From: an uncultured bacterium | GTDB lineage: Bacteria; Krumholzibacteriota; Krumholzibacteriia; LZORAL124-64-63 | Direction: 5' to 3' | Length of the DNA stretch: 64,000 nt | Assembly: GCA_963727525.1 (NCBI GenBank) | Contig: CAVSGO010000005.1 | Location: 288,001 to 352,000 of the forward strand | Part shown: positions 30,214 to 40,183 of the stretch, one piece after another | Position numbering within the stretch: the first letter of the stretch is position 1 | Layout: every line of letters starts with the position of its first letter | Made by a program: the position numbers and the translations under genes | The notes under the pieces: model-generated | What the model saw: the letters and a program-made list of their open reading frames with translations, nothing else | The model's database searches: none | What the model was told of the DNA's origin: nothing

Positions 30214-31509
30214 ATGCGCACCCTGCACCTTGCAACGCTTGGATTCCTCCTGCTGGCCCCGGCCGCCGCAGCGGACACGACGCCCACGCCTGCCGACACC
30301 GTCTACGTCGTCCAGCCGGGCGACAATCTCAACCTCATCGCCAGCCATCTGAAGGCCGCCACGGGGCATTACAGCCTGACGGGCTTGCTGGACGACATCC
30401 GCGCGGCCAACCACCTCGAAGGCACGCTATTGCGGCCGGGCCAGCGGCTGACGGTCCCCCACGCGCGCGCCGTCGCGAACCCCCATGTCGCGCAGCCGGC
30501 CAACAACGGAGCCGACCTGCGCGGGATCTACCTCACCGGCCCGATCTGCGGCGAGGCGAGTGTGTTTGCCCGCGTCGATTCGTTCGTGGTGGCGGGGGGC
30601 AACGCGGTGATCTTCGATATCAAGGACATCGACGGCGGCGTGTCGTTCCATAGCCATTCGCCGCTCGCGGCCTGGGGCCACGGACGGAGCGCCCCGGTCA
30701 TCTCCGACGTGCACGACCTGCTGGCGCGGCTGCACCGGCGCAACCTCTACGTCGTCGCGCGGCTGGCCCTTTTCCTGGACGGTGAGCTGGGCCGCCAGTG
30801 CCCCGACCTGGCGCTGCACGGCCCCGACGGCGAGCCGTGGCGCGAGCGCGGATGCGTGTGGATGGACCCGGCCGCGCCGCAGGTGCAGCAGTACAACATC
30901 GGCCTGGCCCTGGAGCTGGCGCGGGCCGGCGCCGACGAGATCCAGCTCGACTACGTGCGCTTCCCGACCAATGGCTGGGATGGCGACGACACCGGCGACA
31001 GCGCGGCCACCGGCGCGGATCGCCGCGCTGTGATCGCCGGATTCCTGAGTGCGCTGAGTGATTCGCTGCGGCCGCTAGGCGTGCAGATCTCGGCCGACCT
31101 CTACGGGATCTCGGCCTGGGGACGCGACGTCGATCTCGCGGTCACCGGCCAGCACGTCCCCACCTTCGCGCAGTACGTCGACACGATCTGCCCCATGATC
31201 TACCCCTCCCACTTCGGCCCCGGCTTCGAGGGCATCGCCAATCCCGCCAACCTACCCGAGTACTTCGTGAGCGAAGGGGTGCGGCGGTTCCGCGCGCTGG
31301 CCGGCGATGCGGCGCGCATCCGCCCGTGGCTGCAGGCCTTCGCCTGGCGCGTCGACGGCTACGGCAGTCGTTACGTGGCGCGCCAGATCGCGGCGGCCGA
31401 CGTGTCGGGCGCCTCAGGATGGTGCTTGTGGAATCCTACGGGACGGTATGAAACCGCGTGCGTCGCGCTGCGTCCAACCACGCCCACCGTGACCCTCGTC
31501 GTCCCCTGA
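30214..31509 (+). CDS. LysM domain plus putative glycoside hydrolase (DUF4015-like)
   Basis: YVVQPGDNL..IA; RGIYLT; DEIQLDYVRFP; PMIYPSH; RPWLQAF. Confidence 0.85.
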   Translation: MRTLHLATLGFLLLAPAAAADTTPTPADTVYVVQPGDNLNLIASHLKAATGHYSLTGLLDDIRAANHLEGTLLRPGQRLTVPHARAVANPHVAQPANNGADLRGIYLTGPICGEASVFARVDSFVVAGGNAVIFDIKDIDGGVSFHSHSPLAAWGHGRSAPVISDVHDLLARLHRRNLYVVARLALFLDGELGRQCPDLALHGPDGEPWRERGCVWMDPAAPQVQQYNIGLALELARAGADEIQLDYVRFPTNGWDGDDTGDSAATGADRRAVIAGFLSALSDSLRPLGVQISADLYGISAWGRDVDLAVTGQHVPTFAQYVDTICPMIYPSHFGPGFEGIANPANLPEYFVSEGVRRFRALAGDAARIRPWLQAFAWRVDGYGSRYVARQIAAADVSGASGWCLWNPTGRYETACVALRPTTPTVTLVVP

Positions 31510-31600
31510 TCGGTTGCTCCCTCCAGATTGCGACGACGCGCGAAGCGGTTTAGTCTCTACGGCGTATCCGCACCCCGTCCCCAGCCGCCGGAGTCGCTCC

Positions 31601-32287
31601 ATGGCCCAGCCGTACTTCACCCGCGAGATCTTCCGCTTCCTGCTCGAACTCGACGGCAACAACGACCGCGAGTGGTTCGCCGCGAACAAGCAGCGGTTCG
31701 AGGACCACCTGCGGCAGCCGGCGCTGCGCTTCATCGCGGATTTCGGGCCGCACCTGCGGAAGATCAGTCCGCACTTCGAGACCGATCCGCGCCCGGTGGG
31801 CGGCTCGCTCTTCCGCATCTACCGCGACATCCGTTTCAGCCGCGACAAGAGCCCGTACAAGACGCACTGCGGCATCCATTTTCGACACGCGGCCGGCAAG
31901 AACGTCCACGCACCCGGCTTCTACCTGCACATCGAACCCGGCGCGTCACTGGCCGCCCTCGGCATCTGGCATCCCGACCAGCCCACGCTGCGGCGCATCC
32001 GCGGCGCCATCGCCGCTCAGCCGCGCCGCTGGCAGCAGACGCTGACAAAAGAAGGCTTCCGCGCCCGCCATCAGCGCTTCGGGGACCGTTTGTCGCGCGT
32101 GCCGCGCGGCTTCCGGCCCGACGATCCGGCCGCCGAGGAGTTGAAGTGGAAGGACTACGGCAGCGCGGTAAACCTCACGCAGAAAGACGTGCTGGCCCGC
32201 AACTTTCCCGAGCGCCTCGCGGAGGCCTGGGCCGAAGGCGCGCCGATGATGCGCTTCCTTTGCGAGGCCCTCGAACTGCCGTTCTGA
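31601..32287 (+). CDS. DUF2461 (TIGR02453) family protein
   Basis: NNDREWF, FRIYRDIRFSRDKSPYKT, PGFYLHIEPG. Confidence 0.92.
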   Translation: MAQPYFTREIFRFLLELDGNNDREWFAANKQRFEDHLRQPALRFIADFGPHLRKISPHFETDPRPVGGSLFRIYRDIRFSRDKSPYKTHCGIHFRHAAGKNVHAPGFYLHIEPGASLAALGIWHPDQPTLRRIRGAIAAQPRRWQQTLTKEGFRARHQRFGDRLSRVPRGFRPDDPAAEELKWKDYGSAVNLTQKDVLARNFPERLAEAWAEGAPMMRFLCEALELPF

Positions 32288-32291
32288 CGCG

Positions 32292-33965
32292 TTACTTTGC
32301 GAGCAGCACCCGGCCCGTCCGCACCTGCGTCCCCGCCTGCACGCGGTAGAGGTACACGCCGCTGGCCAGCCCCTGAGGCTGCCACGCCAGTGCGTGCCGG
32401 CCCGCCGTCTGCGGCCCGCTGACGAGGGTCGCCACGCAATGCCCGACAATATCGAATACCTGCGCGCGTACGGGAGCTGGCTGCGCGAGTTCGAAGGTCA
32501 GCGTGGTGGTCGGATTGAATGGATTCGGGTAGGCCGCCACCGCACCGAGCACGCCGGGCGTGGATCCACTCGCGAGGGGCACACCGGTCGCGCGCTGGTT
32601 GCGGAAGATGTAGGTGGCGTCGTCCCAGTTGGCCACCACGAGGTCCGGCACCGGCGACCAGGCATACGTCACCGTGATCGGTGCGGTGAGGAGGTCGTGG
32701 CGCACCGACACCCAGCCGTCGGCCGCGTGGCAGCACCAGTCGGTTCGCGGAAGGGGAACGCCGCCCACGCTCACGTCGACCACGCGCTGCACCCGCAAGT
32801 GCGGCAGCGCCAGGTGTGGGCCGACGCCGGTGGCGAAGGTCGCCGTCGCGAGGCGTGTGTGACTCTCGTCGAGATCGGCGAAAGCGAAACTCTCGACAAC
32901 CGAGGTATGCCCAGGATCCGTCTGCCAGTCCGGCGCAACGGGGAACGTACCATCGACGTTCACGTAGAGCCGCACCGCACCCCACCACGAGCCCGCGACA
33001 AGATCGAGGCCCGCATCCCCGGAAACATCGAGGCAGGCAACCGCCGAACCGTAGCCGTCGAAATCGCTCGACCAGTCGGGCGTGGTGGCGAGCGTGCCGC
33101 CCTCGTTGCGGTACACGGCCGCGCTGCCGTCGCCGCCGAGCTGGTCGTTGTAGTGTACGACCAGGTCGAGATCGCCGTCACCATCGAGGTCGCCGAAGTC
33201 AAAAGAATTGCCGCTGCCCGGATGCGCACTCACCCAGCCGGGGCTGGTGGCAAGCACGCCGTCCTCGTTGAAGTAGACCTTCACCCGTCCCTGCGCCGAG
33301 CCCTCGAGGACCGCGAGATCCTGGTCGCCATCGCCATCGATGTCGACGAAGGCGATGTCGTAAGACGCGTCGGTGTCGTCGCTCGCCCAGCCCGGGCTCG
33401 CCTGCAGCGTGCCGCCCTCGTTGAAGAAGATGAGCGTGGGCTCGAGGTAGGAGTGGTACTCCTCGCCGGTGGCCACGGCGAGGTCGAGATCGCCGTCACC
33501 ATCGGGATCGCCGAAGGTGGCGCGAAAGGTGTGGATGGTATGGGGCGACTCCCAGGTGGGACTGGTGGCGAGCGTGCCGCCGTCATTGGCGTAGACCTGC
33601 ACCCAGCCCGCCCCCCAGCCCGGCGTGATGTAATTGGCGACCATCAGTTCCGGATAACCATCGGCATCGAGATCGGCGAAGCCGCACATCCCGCTGAACT
33701 CGGCATCGTCCGACACCCACGTGGCCGTGTTCGGCAACTCCCCCGCCTGGCTCAGATAAACCAGGTTGGGCGCCTGCAGCATATCGTTGCCATTGCTGAC
33801 GGCGAGATCGAGAAACCCATCCCCATCGACATCGGCGAGATCGCAACCGGTGCCGAAATACCCGTTCTCGGTAGACTGCCAGTCGGGCAGCACGGGCCAG
33901 GGGAAGCTGGCTGACGCGGTCGCAGCGAGGAGGGTGACGACGAGGCAAGTGAGGCCGACGCGCAT
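32292..33965 (-). CDS. Secreted FG-GAP repeat protein with T9SS/FlgD-like C-terminal domain
   Basis: Repeated DxDGDGDxDL motifs; AYPNPFNPTT...ASGVYLYR. Confidence 0.88.
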   Translation of the reverse strand: MRVGLTCLVVTLLAATASASFPWPVLPDWQSTENGYFGTGCDLADVDGDGFLDLAVSNGNDMLQAPNLVYLSQAGELPNTATWVSDDAEFSGMCGFADLDADGYPELMVANYITPGWGAGWVQVYANDGGTLATSPTWESPHTIHTFRATFGDPDGDGDLDLAVATGEEYHSYLEPTLIFFNEGGTLQASPGWASDDTDASYDIAFVDIDGDGDQDLAVLEGSAQGRVKVYFNEDGVLATSPGWVSAHPGSGNSFDFGDLDGDGDLDLVVHYNDQLGGDGSAAVYRNEGGTLATTPDWSSDFDGYGSAVACLDVSGDAGLDLVAGSWWGAVRLYVNVDGTFPVAPDWQTDPGHTSVVESFAFADLDESHTRLATATFATGVGPHLALPHLRVQRVVDVSVGGVPLPRTDWCCHAADGWVSVRHDLLTAPITVTYAWSPVPDLVVANWDDATYIFRNQRATGVPLASGSTPGVLGAVAAYPNPFNPTTTLTFELAQPAPVRAQVFDIVGHCVATLVSGPQTAGRHALAWQPQGLASGVYLYRVQAGTQVRTGRVLLAK

Positions 33966-34220
33966 GGCAAATCTCCCAGCAAATAGCAAAGGAAGAACAG
34001 ATCACTGTTTCGACCGTCGGCTCCCCCTAATTCGCCGCCGCGACTTCCATAGTATACCACATCGGCGGCGATCCCCAGTTTCCGTCGGAGTGAAGTTCCG
34101 CAAGTCTCTGCTTGGCTTTCACGGCAGGCTTCCACCATTCACTGAGATTTTCACGGACCTGCGCCTGCGCGTAGCCGTACTCCCCGACCACGGTGGTGAA
34201 CGGGTAGCCCTTGAGTCCTT

Positions 34221-34267
34221 TGGCTCCCCTGGTTGGACTCGAACCCAACCGGTCTCGGTTAACAGCC
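34221..34267 (-). pseudogene. Degenerate tRNA-Asn(GTT) 3' fragment, possible att remnant
   Basis: Minus strand GGCTGTTAACCG...GGTTCGAGTCCAACCAGGGGAGCCA: anticodon loop, T loop, discriminator G and CCA present; no D-arm. Confidence 0.7.
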
Positions 34268-34506
34268 ACAGGAACGCTTAGGCCGAAGGGAGAGTCTTGC
34301 GGAGATCTGCATCCAGCACGGACCCCGGCCAGGCGTGATGGAGTTGGACACCACCAGTGTCCGAAGGCATCGGCGCGGAGGTCGGGGATGGCGCATGTCC
34401 TGCCGAACGTGGCGTCGTCTGACGCCGCGTGGCCGTGGGCGGCGAGATGGTCGCCTGGCTCGGAGACACCGGGTTGGGAGACTGTCGTCGGGTGGCCCAT
34501 CAACCA

Positions 34507-34541
34507 CCATGGACCCGCGGCGGGATGCGGCGGGTCCATGG
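34507..34541. terminator. GC-rich hairpin downstream of the 34559-35131 gene
   Basis: CCATGGACCCGC / GCGGGTCCATGG 12-bp inverted repeat; weak U-tract. Confidence 0.5.
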
Positions 34542-34558
34542 CGAGTCCGGAGTGGTGG

Positions 34559-35131
34559 TTAGTTGTAGAGCGACTTGATCGAGCCCCATGTTGTCTTCTC
34601 GTCCGAGACGGGACCGCAGACCGAGCGTACGTTGTCGAAGCACGCGCGCCAGGCGTTGTTTTGCGGATCCACGACGAGGCAGAGTTGGATGACGTGCAGA
34701 CCGCACGGCACCACGTAGGTCACGGTCGTCCAGGGGGTGTCGCCCGTGGCCACGGTGTCCTGGATTCCGTCGATTTCGATCATGATGTGGCCGGTGTCCG
34801 GTCCGGCGTCCACGGGCGCGAGGGAGTAGTCGATGCCGATCGTGCAATCCCCCTCGTCGCCCTGCTGGCTGCAGTAGAAGGTCTGCGAGATGCAGCCTGT
34901 GCCGCCGGGACCGCTGAACGGGGACTGGATCGCAGCGTAGCCACCGGGGTTACCGCCGGCCGCAGGAAAGGCAAGGCCCCAGTCGGGCGGGACGTTCGGA
35001 CTCCAGTCACTTCCACCATTGTCGAATTCACCGTCCATCACGTCCGCGACGGCGGTGCCGGCTCCGATGATCGTCGCAATAATGGCGACGGCAACCACGG
35101 GCCCGAATATGTGCTTCGAAAACCTCGTCAT
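34559..35131 (-). CDS. Secreted Cys-rich protein with C-terminal TWGSIKSLY motif
   Basis: AGGAGG RBS, signal peptide, ends PVSDEKTTWGSIKSLYN. Confidence 0.8.
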   Translation of the reverse strand: MTRFSKHIFGPVVAVAIIATIIGAGTAVADVMDGEFDNGGSDWSPNVPPDWGLAFPAAGGNPGGYAAIQSPFSGPGGTGCISQTFYCSQQGDEGDCTIGIDYSLAPVDAGPDTGHIMIEIDGIQDTVATGDTPWTTVTYVVPCGLHVIQLCLVVDPQNNAWRACFDNVRSVCGPVSDEKTTWGSIKSLYN

Positions 35132-35385
35132 GGAATGACCTCCTGCGCGAGGGAGTGGGCGATTGAGCGAGCGAACGGCGACGCCGAGGGCGAGCCGACC
35201 GATCGCGTCGGCGAGGATGCAGGGCACGAGATGACAGGCACGAGACCAGCATACCACGTCTTTCTCGAAGAAAGAGGATCGATTTGATATTTATTTATAC
35301 AGAAGCCTCATAGTATGTCAGCTCAGGCGCATCCTCAGGAAATCCGCACTGCATGCGTTTCTTAGATTCGAATTCACGTGATCGA

Positions 35386-36201
35386 TCACCCAAGCTTGCG
35401 TGCCAGCCAGAAGCTCTCGACGGGGTGGATGCCGTAGCGGTGCCGGGTGGCCTCGTCCAGTTCCTCGGCAGCACGGTGGCAGGCGACGTCCCAGCCGGGA
35501 CGTTCGAGCAGCGTGGTCACGTCGCGGCCGAAGCGCCAGGTGTGGGCGTCGAAGTCGGCGGGGTCGACGGGGATGGGTTCGCTGCGCGCCAGATCGTCGT
35601 GGATGGGGACCTGGAGCCAGGCCACTCCGCCGGGCTTGAGGATCCTGAGCAACTCGTCCACGGCGGGTGCGAGTTCGGCCACGTGTTCGAGTACGTGGCT
35701 GCAGATGATCCAGTCCACCGAGCCCGTGCGGAACCCGGCTCGACGCAGGTCGGCGATCACGTCGGGCGCGTAGCGCGGATCGACGTGATCGTAGTCCATG
35801 CGGAAGCAGCGTCCGAGACCCTCGTGCTCGAGGACGTAACGCGTGGCCGCGGCGAGCGAGCAGCCGAGGATCGTGCGGGGCACGTCGCCGCGGGCCGTCA
35901 ATTCCTCGCGAAAGCCGTGGACGAGATGGCGATGACGATCGAAAGCGCCGCACTCCGGGCAGATGGTGGCGTGCTGGACATTGCCGGGCGCGAGGTAGGA
36001 GCGGAAGCGCAGGCCGCGCCAGCCGCACACGACACACTCCTGCCCGCGCTGGCGCACGAGTCGCTCGCCTAGCGGCAGCAGCCAGTTCGCCGCCGCGCCA
36101 CAGATCAGGCGCGTCGCCTCCACCGGGTGCCGCCAGAGGCAGGCGCGCGACCGGTTATGGAAGATGGTCTGTTTCGCGAACGACAAGGCCGACACGGGCA
36201 C
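35386..36201 (-). CDS. Class I SAM-dependent methyltransferase-like protein
   Basis: CVVC...CPECG Zn-ribbon-like N-part; DWIICSHVLEHV, LRILKPGG. Start uncertain. Confidence 0.8.
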   Translation of the reverse strand: MPVSALSFAKQTIFHNRSRACLWRHPVEATRLICGAAANWLLPLGERLVRQRGQECVVCGWRGLRFRSYLAPGNVQHATICPECGAFDRHRHLVHGFREELTARGDVPRTILGCSLAAATRYVLEHEGLGRCFRMDYDHVDPRYAPDVIADLRRAGFRTGSVDWIICSHVLEHVAELAPAVDELLRILKPGGVAWLQVPIHDDLARSEPIPVDPADFDAHTWRFGRDVTTLLERPGWDVACHRAAEELDEATRHRYGIHPVESFWLARKLG

Positions 36202-36297
36202 ACTCTCCCGATGGCTCCACCCACCGCAGGCTCCCTCGCATTGTGTCGCCGTTGTCCGCGGATTGGCAAGGCGAATCCGTCGCGTGGCTCGCGCGCC

Positions 36298-36999
36298 CTA
36301 CCAGGGATTCGTGGCCCAGACGGCCAGGTCGGGCACCATGCCGCGGTCATCCAGCTCGAGGACCGACTTGATGACCACCGCGATCTCCCGCGAGCTCAGC
36401 TTGTTCGGCGGCGCCTCGCGCTCCTGACCGTCGCGTCCGAAGGCGGTGGCCACCTCGCTGGGATCGACCTGGGTGACGCGGATGTCCTGCCGGCGCAACT
36501 CGGCTTGCCAGCATTCCGTCATGCCGCGCAACGCGAATTTGGAGGCCGCGTACACCGTGCCGCCGGCGAAGCCCTTGCGCGCGGCCGTGGACCCCACGTT
36601 CACGATGTGGCCATGCGTGCCTTGCTGACGAAACACCGCGGCCGCGCGCGCGGCGAGGAGGGCCGGCCCGAAGACGTTCACGCGGAAGATGGTCGCGAAG
36701 TCGTCGTAGGTGACGTCGGCCAGTTCCTTGAAGACGCCGATACCGGCGTTGTTGATGAGGACGTCGAGCCCGCCGAGGCGTTCCGCCGCCGTGGCGATGG
36801 TGCGATCGACAACCTCGGGATCGCCGGCGTCGGCCACGATCGGTACCGCGCCGATCGCCGCGGCCGCCTTCTCGAGGCGGTCGGCCTGCCGCGCCGTGAT
36901 GGCCACGCGCGCGCCGGCTTCTACCAGCAGGGACGCCGTCGCCTTGCCGATACCCAGGCTGCCGCCGGTGATGAGGATGCGGGCATCCTTGATCTGCAT
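36298..36999 (-). CDS. SDR family oxidoreductase
   Basis: TGGSLGIG, NNAG, YAASK. Confidence 0.93.
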   Translation of the reverse strand: MQIKDARILITGGSLGIGKATASLLVEAGARVAITARQADRLEKAAAAIGAVPIVADAGDPEVVDRTIATAAERLGGLDVLINNAGIGVFKELADVTYDDFATIFRVNVFGPALLAARAAAVFRQQGTHGHIVNVGSTAARKGFAGGTVYAASKFALRGMTECWQAELRRQDIRVTQVDPSEVATAFGRDGQEREAPPNKLSSREIAVVIKSVLELDDRGMVPDLAVWATNPW

Positions 37000-37015
37000 G
37001 GTCTCTCCTTCTTTA

Positions 37016-38125
37016 TCAGGATGAAGCGCCGCGCGCCGCGAACAGGGTGCGCACCGCGGCGCGGCGGGCGACACGCTCATGCGCCTCCGCCTCCGAATGG
37101 TCCTGCTGGGGATCGATGCTCGTGAACAGCGACGAGTACGCGAAGACGGCGTAGCCGCCAAGCCCGGCACAGGCGGCGACCTGCGGCGCCACCTGATCCG
37201 CGTCCTGCAGATACACCCCCAGACCTGGGCACAGGCGCGCCGGATCGGCCACCCGGCGCCAGGCGGCCAGCTCGCGCGTGAAGACGTCGGCATCGGCCGT
37301 GTAGAGCATGGGCAGCGCGCGGTCGAGCGTGCCGTCGGCCAGCCACCGCGGCGCGTCCTGCAGGTACACCTCACGGGCACGCGCCGGATCGCGCAGGACG
37401 GCCGCCGAGATCTCCACGCCCGGCCGTGCCTCACGGGCGGCCGTGGCGATGCGTCCGACGAGAGCCGTGATGGCGTCGCGCACCTCGTCGCCGCCCGGCC
37501 ACCCCTGCGCCCTGTCGAGGGTCTCGGCGACGAAGCGGATGTAGTCCAGATGCAAGCCATCGATGGCATAGCGCGTGGCGATGTCGCGGCATACCGCCAC
37601 CACGTGGGCCTGCCAGGCGGCATTGCGCGGATCGGCCACCACGTAGTGCTCGTTCAGCGCCTGGTCCACACCGCGCGCGTCGCGCAGACGCCACTGCGGA
37701 TGCGCAAGCCAGGCCTGCGCGGGATTCGTCGGCGGCGTGGTGCCCTTCCAGAGCGGGCACACGTTCACCCAGGCGTGCAGGCGCAGGCCGCGCTGGTGCG
37801 CACGGGTAACGGCGGCGGCGAGCGGATCGAAGCCGGGATCGGTGGCGCCGGGCGGTAGATCGGCAAGCAGTTCGCGGCCCCAGGGTTCCAGATCGCTGGC
37901 GTAGAAGGCGTCGGCCTGGCCGCGCACCTGCCACAGCACGTCGGTTGCGCCCAGGCTGGCCGCATCGTCGATGGCGCGGTTCACGTCAACCAGCGTGCGG
38001 TAGTCCCAGCGGGTGATCCAGAGGCCGCGGTACGGTTGCACGGTGGTGACGCGGTGCGGCGCGCGGACGCACCCACCCAGGGCGACGAGCACGAGCGACG
38101 CCGCGACGACGGCGCGCTTCGTCAT
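37016..38125 (-). CDS. GHL10/YddW-like glycoside hydrolase lipoprotein
   Basis: Lipobox LGGC; RGLWITRW, QVRG..DAFY.S, FDPL, LHAWVN, DGLHLDYIR, PMLY. Confidence 0.85.
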   Translation of the reverse strand: MTKRAVVAASLVLVALGGCVRAPHRVTTVQPYRGLWITRWDYRTLVDVNRAIDDAASLGATDVLWQVRGQADAFYASDLEPWGRELLADLPPGATDPGFDPLAAAVTRAHQRGLRLHAWVNVCPLWKGTTPPTNPAQAWLAHPQWRLRDARGVDQALNEHYVVADPRNAAWQAHVVAVCRDIATRYAIDGLHLDYIRFVAETLDRAQGWPGGDEVRDAITALVGRIATAAREARPGVEISAAVLRDPARAREVYLQDAPRWLADGTLDRALPMLYTADADVFTRELAAWRRVADPARLCPGLGVYLQDADQVAPQVAACAGLGGYAVFAYSSLFTSIDPQQDHSEAEAHERVARRAAVRTLFAARGASS

Positions 38126-39054
38126 CCCGCCGCAGTGCGCGCGTCGAGCTGGCCGAGGCCGTCACTCTGCTCGCGCGCATGGTAGCTGGACCGCACGAGC
38201 GGACCGGCCTCCACCCACGCCAGGCCCAGCTCACGACCCGCCGCGGCGAGGTCGTCGAACTCGGCCGGCTCCCAGTATCGCACAACGGCATGGTGCTGCG
38301 ACGACGGCTGCAGGTACTGCCCCACCGTCATGATCTCCACGCCATGATCGACGGCGGCGCGCATGACCTCGATCACCTCGTCGCGCGTCTCCCCCACGCC
38401 CACCATGATGCCCGTCTTCACGCTCATCCTCGGCCCGGCGATGCCGGTCGGGAGCGCATCGGCCCATTGGCGGGAACGGCGCAACACCTGCAGGCTCGTG
38501 CGGAAGCGCGCCTGTGGCCGCATCTCGGGATAGAGGCGCGGGATGGTCTCGAGATTGTGGTTCAGCACCTCGGGCTGCGCCACGAGAATGCTCTCCAGGG
38601 CCAGCGGATCGCCGCGGAAATCGGGAATCAGCACCTCGACGCCGCAGCCCGGATTCAGGCGGCGAATCGCGCGGATCGTGGCCGCGATGTGGGCGGCGCC
38701 GCCGTCGGGCAGATCGTCGCGATTGACGCTCGTCACCACGGCGAACCGGAGGCCCAGGTGCTTCACCGTCTCGGCCACGCGCTGCGGCTCGTCCGCCTCC
38801 AGGGACGCCACGCGCCCGCCGGGGATATTGCAGAACGTGCAGTGCCGCGTGCACACGTGGCCCATGAGCAGGAACGTGGCCGTGCCGCTGGCGAAGCACT
38901 CGCCGCGGTTCGGGCAGTTGGCCTCCTCGCACACCGTATTCAGCTTGGCCGAGCGCAGCAGGCGTTTCATCGCGTTGTACGGTTCACCACCCTGCCGCTC
39001 CATGCGTAGCCATTCGGGCTTGGGGGTGCCCTTGCTCCGGATTCTCGGGCTCAT
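38122..39054 (-). CDS. lipA: Lipoyl synthase
   Basis: KPEWL, TVCEEANCPNRGEC, CTRHCTFC, GQYLQP, VRSSYHA. Confidence 0.97.
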   Translation of the reverse strand: MSPRIRSKGTPKPEWLRMERQGGEPYNAMKRLLRSAKLNTVCEEANCPNRGECFASGTATFLLMGHVCTRHCTFCNIPGGRVASLEADEPQRVAETVKHLGLRFAVVTSVNRDDLPDGGAAHIAATIRAIRRLNPGCGVEVLIPDFRGDPLALESILVAQPEVLNHNLETIPRLYPEMRPQARFRTSLQVLRRSRQWADALPTGIAGPRMSVKTGIMVGVGETRDEVIEVMRAAVDHGVEIMTVGQYLQPSSQHHAVVRYWEPAEFDDLAAAGRELGLAWVEAGPLVRSSYHAREQSDGLGQLDARTAAG

Positions 39055-39911
39055 GCGGATGCTGCCTCCACCAGGGTCAGGGTCTCGCGCACGCGGAAGC
39101 GCTTGCCGTCGAACGCCACGCGGCAGGCGTCGTGCACCGTGTCGTGCTGCAGAACCAGAAGGAAATCGTCCTCCACCGCGCGGCTGAGGAACTGGCGCTT
39201 CTCGCGCACCGAGAGCAGGGGGTTCAGATCGTAGGCCGCCACCCAGGGAATGTGCACGTTGGCGGCGAACGGGACGAGATCGGCGAGGAAGGCCACCACG
39301 CCGCCGGTCGTATGGAATTCCACCGCCTGCATGCCGGGCGTGTGACCGCCCAGAGGCAGCACCCGCACCTCGGGCAGGGGTTCGACGGCGCCGTCCAGCA
39401 GCTCGAGGCGTCCCGTGTCGGCGAGGGCGCCGAAATCCTCGGGGCGGAAGCTGCCGCGATCGCGCTCGGAGGGGCGCTGCGCCCATTCCCATTGCTGCCG
39501 TTGCAACCACCAGGTCGCTCGCGGAAACGCCGGCTCCATGCGGTGGGCGAGATCGTGGAGTGCGCCGCCGGCATGGTCGAAGTGCAGGTGGGTGAGGATC
39601 ACGTCCGTCACGGACTCGGCGGGCACCCCCAGATCCTGGAGGCGCGTGATGAGCTGTCCCGGGCGCCGGTCCATGCCGTAAATCTCGCGTTGACGGGCGT
39701 CCCAGCGGTCGCCGATGCCTACGTCCACGAGGATCCGCCGGTCGCCCTTCTCCGCCAGCAAGCAGTTGAGGGCCAGCGGGATACGGTGCAGCGCGTCGGC
39801 CGGCTTCTCCTTCTCCCAGAGGACGCGTGGCACGATGCCGAACATCGCCCCACCGTCGAGGCGGAACTCGCCGTCGGATATCACCCGGAATGTCCAATCC
39901 CCGAGCTTCAT
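39051..39911 (-). CDS. MBL-fold metallo-hydrolase (YtnP-like)
   Basis: LDGGAMFG, THLHFDHAGG, GHTPG, ADL, HD. Confidence 0.92.
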   Translation of the reverse strand: MKLGDWTFRVISDGEFRLDGGAMFGIVPRVLWEKEKPADALHRIPLALNCLLAEKGDRRILVDVGIGDRWDARQREIYGMDRRPGQLITRLQDLGVPAESVTDVILTHLHFDHAGGALHDLAHRMEPAFPRATWWLQRQQWEWAQRPSERDRGSFRPEDFGALADTGRLELLDGAVEPLPEVRVLPLGGHTPGMQAVEFHTTGGVVAFLADLVPFAANVHIPWVAAYDLNPLLSVREKRQFLSRAVEDDFLLVLQHDTVHDACRVAFDGKRFRVRETLTLVEAASA

Positions 39912-40098
39912 GGGACGTTCACCCGCCTGCGCTGGAATCAGTTGGGGCTCCTGCCAGAATGGCGCGGTGGCCGCGTCGCGACCCCGCTCCTGACCCCACA
40001 GTAACGCCGTTGAGGAGCGCGGACAACCGACGAGCCCAGTCTCGCGGTCGCCAGCGCCCAGAAAACGGACAGTCATTCCCCTATATACAGTTTTTCGA

Positions 40099-40125
40099 TA
40101 AAGCACGAAACCAGTCCGCCGAACA
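40099..40125 (+). promoter_or_regulatory. Putative sigma28 promoter
   Basis: TAAA-N15-GCCGAACA, 58 bp before the MCP start. Confidence 0.65.
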
Positions 40126-40183
40126 GAACACGCAGGAGCGCGAGCTCCCGGGGAGTGAGGATAGCTGAGAAAGGGGCATCCCT

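Noticed and set aside
34221-34291. Functional or intron-containing tRNA-Asn
   Set aside because: No D-arm, mismatched anticodon stem, irregular T-arm, and no separate 5' half found nearby.
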